Source: Verrucomicrobiales bacterium (GTDB lineage Bacteria > Verrucomicrobiota > Verrucomicrobiia > Verrucomicrobiales > V1-33). From it: 47,185 bases of DNA. The stretch covers positions 1 to 47,185 of the forward strand of contig JANOAV010000213.1 in NCBI GenBank assembly GCA_031411295.1, written 5' to 3'. Of the stretch, positions 39,024-47,185 are shown one piece after another (positions within the stretch are counted from its first letter, which is position 1; each line of letters begins with the position of its first letter). The translations under genes and the position numbers were made by a program. The notes beneath the pieces were generated by a model. The model did not search any database. It had not been told where the DNA came from and worked only from the letters and a program-made list of their open reading frames with translations.

Positions 39024-40025
39024 CTACGGCGTGACATCCGCTGCGCGGAAGAAACCACAGTGAGTGCTGCTGGGCTTCTTTACCGCCAGGGATAGCGTAT
39101 TCGTCGTCGCCACCTGCGTGGCCGGCGTGCCGTCTGTCTTGGTGGCTGTCGTCCAGACTTTGAGATCCGTGGAGACTTGGATGGCATACGTCCGCCCGAT
39201 TGCCGCAGGCCAGGTAAAGGAGAACCCGTCAGTTACAGGGGTGGGGGAGGAGAGCTTGAAGAGCGCTGCCGGGATCGCTGCGGGCAGGCTGGAGCGCACC
39301 ACCGCTGCGATTTCCTCTGTCCAATAAGCAGGAATGCCATCGAAGGGATTCGGATTGTTATCATTCGTGACATAAATGTAATCGTAGCCCTGGGCCACCG
39401 CCCGATCCACACAAGCCTGCATATTGGCGGCCGTTGGGGCAGAGTAAATGATGGCGGCGGACAGCGTGCTGGAGGAACTGAGATTGTTGCCATAGCTCAA
39501 GAAGGGCGATGATTGGTCTCCCCCCAAGGGGTTTTCGTAAGTCACGATGCCAGTGGAAAAATTGTTGTAACTCGACGGGGCGGAGGTGCCAGGATTCATC
39601 ACTAAGTAGCGCCCTTTGGCGCGACCTTTCATGGTGTTGTAGTAACTGGAAATATTGGTCGCCACTTCATCAATGAAGTAGCCCTGCACTCCGTAGAAAC
39701 TGTAGTAGGCATCCATCTGCTCCTCCGCTTCGTCCCAGGACAGACCGCCGTAATAGGAATTGATGTAGCCAATCACCTGCCCGCCGCGAGCTTTGATTCC
39801 GTTGGAAAAGTCCCGCAGCGAATTCAGGCGACTGGTCCCCGGTCCGTCATCCGGATTGATGATAGCCACGAAGGGGACCTTTTCCGCCGCCGCATAGGCC
39901 GCATTAAATTGAGCGCTGTTTTCCGTGTAAACCGGCATGATGATGCCGAGCCGAGCCCTGCCAGGGCTCATCAATGTGGCGAGGACGATGCCAACCACCA
40001 GAGGCAATTTTGTGTAAAAGTTCAT
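39024..40025 (-). CDS. Spherulin-4 (Sph3/GH135-like) secreted glycoside hydrolase with C-terminal module
   Basis: IIMPVY, IINPDDGPG, GYFIDE, VMNPGT, VTYE, YIYVTND..NPFD.IPAYW. Confidence 0.85.
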   Translation of the reverse strand: MNFYTKLPLVVGIVLATLMSPGRARLGIIMPVYTENSAQFNAAYAAAEKVPFVAIINPDDGPGTSRLNSLRDFSNGIKARGGQVIGYINSYYGGLSWDEAEEQMDAYYSFYGVQGYFIDEVATNISSYYNTMKGRAKGRYLVMNPGTSAPSSYNNFSTGIVTYENPLGGDQSSPFLSYGNNLSSSSTLSAAIIYSAPTAANMQACVDRAVAQGYDYIYVTNDNNPNPFDGIPAYWTEEIAAVVRSSLPAAIPAALFKLSSPTPVTDGFSFTWPAAIGRTYAIQVSTDLKVWTTATKTDGTPATQVATTNTLSLAVKKPSSTHCGFFRAADVTP

Positions 40026-40241
40026 GCTGTAAATAAGTTTTTAAGACTTCGGAATCCACCTGCTTAATCTAAGGCACAAAACTCTACAGAAAAATGAAAT
40101 TCTACTATAATTAAATGTAAAGGTCCATTAATTTTAAAAATTTTGACAGTGAATTATAACGTTTCGCGTGCTCAGTTGCTGCTTGGGCTGTCGTTTGAGG
40201 ATTTCCATTTGCAGTCGCGTGGTGTTGCGGTCTGCTGCGCG

Positions 40242-41492
40242 ATGATGCGGTCTCTCTTGCTTTTCCTTGCTGCGGCAACGCTGGCCTCGGCTGAAGTTCC
40301 CTTGGCGTTCTCTTTCGGCAACGTCACACCCCGGGACGCAACTCAGCAGGTCTTGCCTGATTCGCAGTATTCGGATGCTCAGGGGTTCGGATTTGATGCC
40401 GGAAGTCAGGTTACCGCCCTCCCAGATGGCGGTTGCACCAGCGCTGCCCCGTTTCACTTTCACGTCAAACTCGCGCCAGGGAGTTATCGCATCCAAATGG
40501 AGTTGGGGGACCAGGCCGAGGCCACCACCACTGTGAAATCCGAAATGCGACGACTCCTCTGGGAGCAGGTGGTCACGCAGCCAAAGGAAGTCATCACCCG
40601 GGAAGGGATCGTGCATGTGCGCACTGCGCAGATTTCCTCCACGAATTCCGTGCGTCTCAAGGAGCGGGAGCAAAAGGTGGAAATGAGCGCCTGGGATAAC
40701 CGCCTCACGTTGGAGTTCAGCGGGACCCGGCCTGCGGTGCGTTCCCTGAAAATTACTCCGGTCACCGTCCCCGTGTTGTATTTGCTGGGAGACAGCACCG
40801 TCTGCGATCAGCCCTCCGAGCCCTATGCCAGTTGGGGGCAGATGTTGCCGCGTTGGTTCAGCCCCAGCTTGGCGGTGGCGAATTACGCTCAGTCCGGGGA
40901 GTCCCTGCGCAGTTCCTTCAGCTCCCGGCGCTTGGAAAAAGTAGTCAGCCAGCTCAAAGCCGGTGATTTTGTGCTGATCCAATTCGGCCACAATGATGAG
41001 AAGGACAAATCCCCGGGAGCCGGGGCGTTCACGACCTATGCGGACTTGCTGCGGCAATACGCTCAAGCCATCCAAGCCAAGCAGGGGCAGCCCATCTTCG
41101 TCACGCCCGTGCAGCGTCGCACCTTCGATGCCGATGGCAAAATCATTAACAGCCATCACGATTTTCCTGCCGCCATGAAACAAGTCGCTGCCGAAATGAA
41201 GTTGCCCTTGATCGACCTGCACGCGCTCAGCACCCAACTCTACGAAGCCATGGGCCGTGAGGGTTCCGGGGCGCTTTTCAAGGATGGTGACGGAACCCAT
41301 CACAACAATTTCGGGGCTTACGAACTCAGCCGCTGCGTTGTGGAAGGCTTGCGGAATATTTCGTTGCCCGATCTATCCCGGCACTTGCTTCCGGGACTGC
41401 CGAAATTTGATCCAACGCATCCTGACGATCCGAAGCAATTCAGCGTGCCTGCGAGTATTCGCACGATGGCTGAGAAGCCCCTCGGGAACTGA
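40242..41492 (+). CDS. Rhamnogalacturonan acetylesterase-like SGNH hydrolase (CE12-like)
   Basis: Signal peptide; LLGDSTV, SWGQML, IQFGHND, DGTHH. Confidence 0.9.
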   Translation: MMRSLLLFLAAATLASAEVPLAFSFGNVTPRDATQQVLPDSQYSDAQGFGFDAGSQVTALPDGGCTSAAPFHFHVKLAPGSYRIQMELGDQAEATTTVKSEMRRLLWEQVVTQPKEVITREGIVHVRTAQISSTNSVRLKEREQKVEMSAWDNRLTLEFSGTRPAVRSLKITPVTVPVLYLLGDSTVCDQPSEPYASWGQMLPRWFSPSLAVANYAQSGESLRSSFSSRRLEKVVSQLKAGDFVLIQFGHNDEKDKSPGAGAFTTYADLLRQYAQAIQAKQGQPIFVTPVQRRTFDADGKIINSHHDFPAAMKQVAAEMKLPLIDLHALSTQLYEAMGREGSGALFKDGDGTHHNNFGAYELSRCVVEGLRNISLPDLSRHLLPGLPKFDPTHPDDPKQFSVPASIRTMAEKPLGN

Positions 41493-41506
41493 ACCGCGCG
41501 AGGCCG

Positions 41507-41541
41507 AAAAAAGGCCGGAGCAACCACGGTTGCTCCGGCCT
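41507..41541 (-). terminator. Intrinsic terminator of the PATR gene
   Basis: AGGCCGGAGCAACC-ac-GGTTGCTCCGGCCT stem preceded by an A tract on the + strand. Confidence 0.85.
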
Positions 41542-41567
41542 CTCCGGATCGTTGCCAACCGTAGGGG

Positions 41568-44500
41568 TTAGTTTGCGCTATCAGCCCGGAGACGCAGGAA
41601 ACGTTTGTCACCAGCAATGGGAACGCTGGCCTTGATGACCTGGATAGTGCCATTGTCGCTGAAGATGATGGTCGTAACTCCCGTCGTCACCCAAGTGGGG
41701 GACAGCGTGCTGGAGGTTTCCACGGTAGGCGTTACTTCGCTGAGGGTGGCCTTAACCCGGCTGTAGGTTAAGGTCAGATTGGTGCCATCATCAGAAACCG
41801 TCACGTCACCCAGTTGACCGCCCTTGGTGGGGTCGCTGCCCAGGAGGTATTCCAGGACATTAGCCACGCCATCAAAGTCAGGATCAGCGGTGTTAGCCGC
41901 ATCACCAGTGTTCGTAGTGATACCGAAGAAGGTATTCCGCCAGTTTTGCTGCGCTGTCAGGGAGCCGGAAACAGTTAGGATGAGATCCGTGCCGCCGTCA
42001 CCCAAGGACAGGGTTGCCGTGCGTCCGCCAACGGTTCCGGTCACGCCAGCTCCGAGGGTGCCAGTGATGGCAGCGTTGGTGGAGATCAATGTGTAGGTGC
42101 CGCTGGCATATCCCGCCAGGGTGGTAAACGCGATGTCATCCAGTTCCAAGAGTCCCGCCCCGATATCCAGGGTGCCTGTGGTGAGATCGATCTTGTCACT
42201 CGCGGCAGGTGTTGCGAGGTCAAATTTCAACGCGGCGGTGGTGGGAGCCACGGGAGCCAAGGTGCCGGAAAGATCCAACTTGGTAGTAGGAGCTACTGTC
42301 AGCATGCCGACCGTGCCATCGGTGCCAGGAACCAATTTGGCTCCGGCCACGGTGGCGATGCCAGCGGTGTCCACTTGGACGGTGCCACTGCCGGTGAGCG
42401 TTTGGGTGGCACTCAGAGCAAGACCAGTAGCGGTCAGCGTGTGGAAGGTGGCACCGGCCTTGACGTCAATGACGGGAGAGGTCACAGAACCATCAAGGGT
42501 AAGGATTCCGGTCTGCACTGTGGTCGGCCCGGTGTAGGTATTCACTCCGGTGAGAGCCATGGTGCCTGCGCCAGCCTTCGTCAGGCCACCCGTGCCAACG
42601 ATGATGACAGGGGCCGCAGCGGTGCCGAGATCCAGCGTGCCCGTAACGTCGAAGGTGCGCGCAGCGGCACCTAACTCCACTTCAGCCTTCAACGCGGCTG
42701 CCGTGCGGGTCACTTGATTGGTGCCCGTGGTAGTCACATTTCCTCCCAGAGCCAGCACACTGCCAGCAGAAGTTGCTGCTGTAATGACACTAGGTCCGTT
42801 GTTCATCCGCAGCACGTTTCCGCTCAGATGCAAGCCGTTGGGGCCCACCAGGAGTTTGCTGGTTTGTCCAGCCGTGGTGCTGCCGCCATCGAAGTCCAAA
42901 ACAACCCCGCTCGCGAGAGTGAAGGAGTCGGCACTGAGACCACCCCCACGCTGCACCTGAATGCTGCCAGCGACGGCGTTGAATGCTCCCGTAAGCGTGA
43001 ACGGGGTGACCGCAGCATTGCGACCGCTGAGGAAGGTGCCGGAATTGAGGACCACCGCAGCCACGGTGTCCGTCACCCCCTGGGTTGGGGCGGCCAGTGT
43101 GGCGCCAGCTCCCGATCCGAAGGTGCCACCGTTGATCGTGATCGTAGCGGTATCGGGGATGTGATCCTGCAGTTGCAGGGCGGTAGTGCCATAGGAAACG
43201 GTGCCGCCCGATTCGACAATGAGGTTTCCACCAATGGCATTGACACCATCAGATTTACTCAGGATCAAGTTGCCGCCGCTCACGGTGGTGGTGCCGGTGT
43301 AATCATTGGCCGTGGCTCCGCTGAGGACCACGTAGCCCGGGCCGGTCTTGGTTAGTTCGCCAGTGCCAGTGATATGATTGGCAGAGGTCACGGTGGTCAC
43401 GGCAGGGGCGGTGGCCGTATTGGGTGTATTGTAAGCCAGGGTCCCGTTGTTGGTAATGAGCCCGGTGCCGGTGCTGCCGGGCAGCGTGGTGCCGTTGCCA
43501 ATCGTCATCACCCCTGCCGCTATAGTGAGCGCGGAGGTGTTTGCGGCCCCCGTGAGGATGGTGGTTCCGGTGCCATTCTTGGTGAGGCCGCCTGTCGCAG
43601 TAACATTGCCGGAGAGGGTGGTGGTTCCCACTCCATTGACGGTGATTCCATGGGTCCCTGCGAGGGCGCTGGAAATGGCAGTCGTGCCTTCAGTTGCTAG
43701 TGTCAGGGTGTCAGCCAGGGTGACGGCACCAGTTAAGGTAAGTCCAGCACTAGTGGAGGACTTGATGGTGGCCCCTCCAGTCTGCACGGTCACAGGACGA
43801 TTGCTGCTGCCAGTCGCACCAGTGAACTCCAGCGTGCCGCCAGCCGCCAGGGTGATACCCGTGCCAGCTCCGAGGGCGCTGTTGGCACCGCTGTCCGCCA
43901 GGCTGTTCACGCTGACGGTTCCGGTGCTGATGCTAACGGGACCGGTAAAGTTGTTAACATTGCTGATCGTTACCAACCCATCCTTCGTTTTCACCAACCC
44001 GGTGGCACCGAGGATCGCCTTGGTGCCGCTGAGAGTATAGGCTTTGGCCACAGAGTTGTCGAAGACCACAGTGCGGGGGGTAACATCCGCCACTGTTAAC
44101 TGCACGGCACCGCTGGCCGCATCATCATTGAACAGCACGTTGTCACCTTCGATGTAGTCGGCTGGCCCGGGGGCCAGCACGAGTTGCCAGTTTTTGGGTG
44201 AGGCAATCGCGGCAGTGCTCCACTCGCTGCTGCTGGCTCCACTCCACCGTGGGGTGTCCACGGAGATCACGTTCAGAGCAATGCGGCTGCCATCGTCGAT
44301 CAATACGGCGTTAATGCGCGGATTGAGCAGCGGCCCCAGCTTGAATCCGCTGAGTCCGGTTCCCTGGATGGTGCCGGCATAGTCGATCACGGTGTGCGTG
44401 CCAACCTCTGGCAGGACGGTTTGCAGGTTCACCGTCACGACATTAACCCCCGTGCCATCACTCGTGACCGTCAGGCCGTCCGTGCCCGTTACGTTAATAG

Positions 44501-46889
44501 TGCTGGCGTTGATTCCGGTGGAGAAATTAATCGTGGAAGTGTCTGTCGCAGCAGTGCCGAAGGTCAGGGCATTGGTCGTCAGCATGCTGCCAGGGCCTGC
44601 CGCCCCGAGATTAATCGTGCCCGTGTTCGCCACCGTGGTGGTGCCACCAATCGTGCCAGTGCCAGTGAGGATGGAGGTGCTACCGACCGTGAGCGCGCCC
44701 GCAATCGAGCCAGTCACGTTCAGGGTGCCCGTTCCACTCATAGCGAGGGATGAGGCCCCAGTAACCGTCCCCGGCAAGGAAATCGTGCCTGCGCTGTTGA
44801 GCGTAACGTTGCCAGTTAAAGTCACACTGGGCAAACTGGCTTTGTAGTTGTTAGCGGTATTAACCGTGATCGTGCCTGCGGCTGCGGTCAGGGGACCCAA
44901 GGCAATGGTGTTGCCGGTATTGGCACCGCTCGCGCGGTCCAGATCGATGGTCGCTGCCCCTGCCGTGTTAACCGCGTTATTGTAGGTGATGGTGCCATCG
45001 CTGCCCGTGCCATTGTCGTTGATGCGCAGGAAACTATTGGCCGCCAGATTGACCGTGCCCGTCCCGAAGCTGGATCCGGTAGTGGTGGGAATACTGCTCA
45101 AGCGCTGGCCTGTCGCCACGTTGAACGCCCCGCTGAAAGTGTTGGCAGGATTAGTGAGAATCAGTGCCACCGCCCCGTTATTGGCGGTGGCTCCACCGAC
45201 CACCCCTAACGCGCTAGAACCGCTCAACAGTCCGGAAATCGTGATGCTCTGATTAATGGTCGGAGTGGTATAGCTGATGAGCGTAGCCGTCGAATCGGCG
45301 GTCACGCTGATCGGCCCGGCAAAGTTGCCGAGCAGGCCGCTGCGGGTCCCCAAGTTCCCGCCTGCGAGGGTAATCGGAGCCGTGACCGTGATGTTGCGGA
45401 CGGCCACTCTGCCGCCCGGATTGACCGTAATGCCGGAGGTCGTCAGCACGGCAGCGGCCAAATTGATTTCCAAAGTGGCTGCCGTGTTAATGACCACTGG
45501 GCCGGTGCCAAGTCCGCCATTGCTGGTAACTTCAAGAATTCCTGCATTGACGGTAGATCCTGCGGTGAAAGTGGCCGCGCCAGTCATGATCGAACGGCCC
45601 GTGCCTGCCTTGACAAAGCCACCGCTTCCCGTCGCGACGAGGCCACTGACGGCATGCACTGCCGTGGCGGTGGTAGTCAGCGTAACCGTTCCCGTGCTGG
45701 AAACGCCATTAATCGTGGCTGCCCCAGCTCCGGCACCGGTGGCCACAATGCTAAGCGGGCCAGTCGTATTCGTCACCCCGGCAATGGTGGTGGTTCCAGC
45801 CGCGGTCACATTGAGGTTGACCGTATCCGCCCCAATGGTGCCGATGGTGGCGGCACCCGCCCCAGTTCTCGCCAAGTTGGCAGTTCCCAGCGTGGTCACC
45901 GCACCCACGGTGGTCGCACCTGCGCCAGCAATCGTCAGCAAATTTGCTCCAAGATCCGTGGCCCCGAGGGTCAGCGAGGTTAGGGTGGCGGGAGATAAGA
46001 TGGCAGCGCCTGTAACCGTCGTGGCCCCAAAGGCCACGCCAGCGGTTCCGGTCGTGCTGAAGGTTCCGGCAGCGACCGACAGCGTTTGCGCGCCAATCGA
46101 CAAGGTCCCCAAGGTGTGGGTGACGCCAGCTCCAGCAGCCAGTTTGTCACTGGTAATGGTCGTGCTGGCAGTGACCGTGGTCGGGCGATTGAACGCCACG
46201 GCGGCAGCCCCAGCCAACTGAAGATTTGCTCCAGTCAGGGTCAGGGTTCCGGCACCCAAGGCCGCCGGATTCGTCACGGCACGCAGAATGCCTGCGGAAT
46301 GCGTCAGCCCGCCGCTAAAGGTATTGGCACCACTGAGCACCAGTCTGCCCGCGCCTGTTTTGTTCAGGCTCTGCGCCCCAGAAATAATCGCGCTGATAGT
46401 CAGTGCATTCGTGCCGGTATTGGCCGCCACATCAATGTCCCCACTAGCGCCCAGACTCAGGGTCAGGGTCTTTGGAGCAGTGCTGGTGCCAGGACTTGTG
46501 ATGGCATAAGCAAAATCGCCCGTCGCAGCCAGCAATGGCACCCCAACTCCGCGGCCTCCGCTGAGGGTGAGAGTGGTGTTGGCGCTGGTGCTGTTGTTGA
46601 TCAGTGTAATAGCTGCCGTGCTGTTGAAGGCCAGGTCTTGGATCGTGGCCGTCCCATTGGCGGATCCAGTCTGTAGCAGCGCACTCCCCCGGGCATCACT
46701 GGTGCCTGTGCTGGCGATCACCACATTGTCAGAGGTGGTAGGAAGTCCTAACGGAGTCCAACTGTCCACCGTGGCATTGGTCCACGCCGTGCTGGCTCCA
46801 CCCAGAGTTTTGGTTGCCGCCTGAGCGGATCCGAGGGCCAGCGGGAATAACGCGGCAAATGTCGTCAAGGGGGATGTAAAATATTTCAT
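41568..46889 (-). CDS. Large secreted beta-helical protein with autotransporter-associated (PATR) repeats and no beta-barrel
   Basis: Start at MKYFTSPL signal peptide; at least six LxKxGxGxxxLSGxNTxxG-type repeats; T/G/A-rich; ends in DPDFDG..LEY..G.DP and RFLRL. Confidence 0.88.
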   Translation of the reverse strand: MKYFTSPLTTFAALFPLALGSAQAATKTLGGASTAWTNATVDSWTPLGLPTTSDNVVIASTGTSDARGSALLQTGSANGTATIQDLAFNSTAAITLINNSTSANTTLTLSGGRGVGVPLLAATGDFAYAITSPGTSTAPKTLTLSLGASGDIDVAANTGTNALTISAIISGAQSLNKTGAGRLVLSGANTFSGGLTHSAGILRAVTNPAALGAGTLTLTGANLQLAGAAAVAFNRPTTVTASTTITSDKLAAGAGVTHTLGTLSIGAQTLSVAAGTFSTTGTAGVAFGATTVTGAAILSPATLTSLTLGATDLGANLLTIAGAGATTVGAVTTLGTANLARTGAGAATIGTIGADTVNLNVTAAGTTTIAGVTNTTGPLSIVATGAGAGAATINGVSSTGTVTLTTTATAVHAVSGLVATGSGGFVKAGTGRSIMTGAATFTAGSTVNAGILEVTSNGGLGTGPVVINTAATLEINLAAAVLTTSGITVNPGGRVAVRNITVTAPITLAGGNLGTRSGLLGNFAGPISVTADSTATLISYTTPTINQSITISGLLSGSSALGVVGGATANNGAVALILTNPANTFSGAFNVATGQRLSSIPTTTGSSFGTGTVNLAANSFLRINDNGTGSDGTITYNNAVNTAGAATIDLDRASGANTGNTIALGPLTAAAGTITVNTANNYKASLPSVTLTGNVTLNSAGTISLPGTVTGASSLAMSGTGTLNVTGSIAGALTVGSTSILTGTGTIGGTTTVANTGTINLGAAGPGSMLTTNALTFGTAATDTSTINFSTGINASTINVTGTDGLTVTSDGTGVNVVTVNLQTVLPEVGTHTVIDYAGTIQGTGLSGFKLGPLLNPRINAVLIDDGSRIALNVISVDTPRWSGASSSEWSTAAIASPKNWQLVLAPGPADYIEGDNVLFNDDAASGAVQLTVADVTPRTVVFDNSVAKAYTLSGTKAILGATGLVKTKDGLVTISNVNNFTGPVSISTGTVSVNSLADSGANSALGAGTGITLAAGGTLEFTGATGSSNRPVTVQTGGATIKSSTSAGLTLTGAVTLADTLTLATEGTTAISSALAGTHGITVNGVGTTTLSGNVTATGGLTKNGTGTTILTGAANTSALTIAAGVMTIGNGTTLPGSTGTGLITNNGTLAYNTPNTATAPAVTTVTSANHITGTGELTKTGPGYVVLSGATANDYTGTTTVSGGNLILSKSDGVNAIGGNLIVESGGTVSYGTTALQLQDHIPDTATITINGGTFGSGAGATLAAPTQGVTDTVAAVVLNSGTFLSGRNAAVTPFTLTGAFNAVAGSIQVQRGGGLSADSFTLASGVVLDFDGGSTTAGQTSKLLVGPNGLHLSGNVLRMNNGPSVITAATSAGSVLALGGNVTTTGTNQVTRTAAALKAEVELGAAARTFDVTGTLDLGTAAAPVIIVGTGGLTKAGAGTMALTGVNTYTGPTTVQTGILTLDGSVTSPVIDVKAGATFHTLTATGLALSATQTLTGSGTVQVDTAGIATVAGAKLVPGTDGTVGMLTVAPTTKLDLSGTLAPVAPTTAALKFDLATPAASDKIDLTTGTLDIGAGLLELDDIAFTTLAGYASGTYTLISTNAAITGTLGAGVTGTVGGRTATLSLGDGGTDLILTVSGSLTAQQNWRNTFFGITTNTGDAANTADPDFDGVANVLEYLLGSDPTKGGQLGDVTVSDDGTNLTLTYSRVKATLSEVTPTVETSSTLSPTWVTTGVTTIIFSDNGTIQVIKASVPIAGDKRFLRLRADSAN

Positions 46890-47048
46890 GAGGGTTAGTG
46901 ACTTAGTTTGGTAGGTTAGGTAAAATTGAACGCAGCCTGAGGAGTGATTCGGCACCGCAGGATGCGTTAGATTCTGCGAGCATACCTCAAGGTGAATAAT
47001 GCGATATTACACAAAAGGGTGACTGTCGCATAGGTTTTTCCTGTCTCA

Positions 47049-47185
47049 GAACCTGTCCGGCAAATAAACTTAACAGCCATAATGGGATTACTTAGTGAGG
47101 CGTCTGACGGCGAAGCCGATCATGGCGAGATAGACAAAGGCTTCGTGGTGACTGGGTTTGCGCTCGTGGTCGCGCACGAGGCGGC
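47049..47185 (-). mobile_element. Terminal part of an IS5-family element (IS1031-like), truncated by the window edge
   Basis: Transposase C-terminus plus a candidate terminal repeat GAACCTGTCCGGCAAA starting at 47049, next to a TCA (TNA-type) target at 47046-47048. Confidence 0.75.
47088..47185 (-). CDS. IS5-family transposase, C-terminal fragment (not in the ORF track)
   Basis: Manual translation RLVRDHERKPSHHEAFVYLAMIGFAVRRLTK* matches the IS5 'RRL..DYE....EA..YLAM....RRL' terminus. Confidence 0.85.
   Translation of the reverse strand, partial: RLVRDHERKPSHHEAFVYLAMIGFAVRRLTK

Noticed and set aside
41568..42000. Classical autotransporter beta-barrel
   Set aside because: The C-terminus is a short module ending RLRADSAN, with no ~280-aa barrel and no terminal Phe/Trp.

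Overview
Bacterial chromosomal window, most likely Verrucomicrobiota. That call is an inference from a PVC-type heme-binding CxxCH protein, a lamin-tail/CotH protein, PATR repeats without a beta-barrel and an ECF sigma factor with a large C-terminal extension. Housekeeping genes (amtB, lysS, rpmA, rplU, cysK, xerC/D, a pterin dehydratase) are mixed with many secreted hydrolases and very large surface proteins. Accessory or decaying elements include a VapBC pair plus an unannotated degenerate second vapC fragment, a Uma2 nuclease with a coiled-coil tail, an Rpn-family remnant, and the end of an IS5 element at the right edge. An ECF sigma gene has its conserved region-2 Trp codon replaced by an in-frame TGA and sits between mdtA and mdtB. 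The best candidate for an undescribed system is a C-terminal module shared by three unrelated secreted proteins, which may be an export or sorting signal. A lipoprotein with tandem secretin-like domains also lies in the window, but no link between the two is shown. No rRNA, tRNA or CRISPR array was seen. All family calls come from motif recognition by eye, not database searches.
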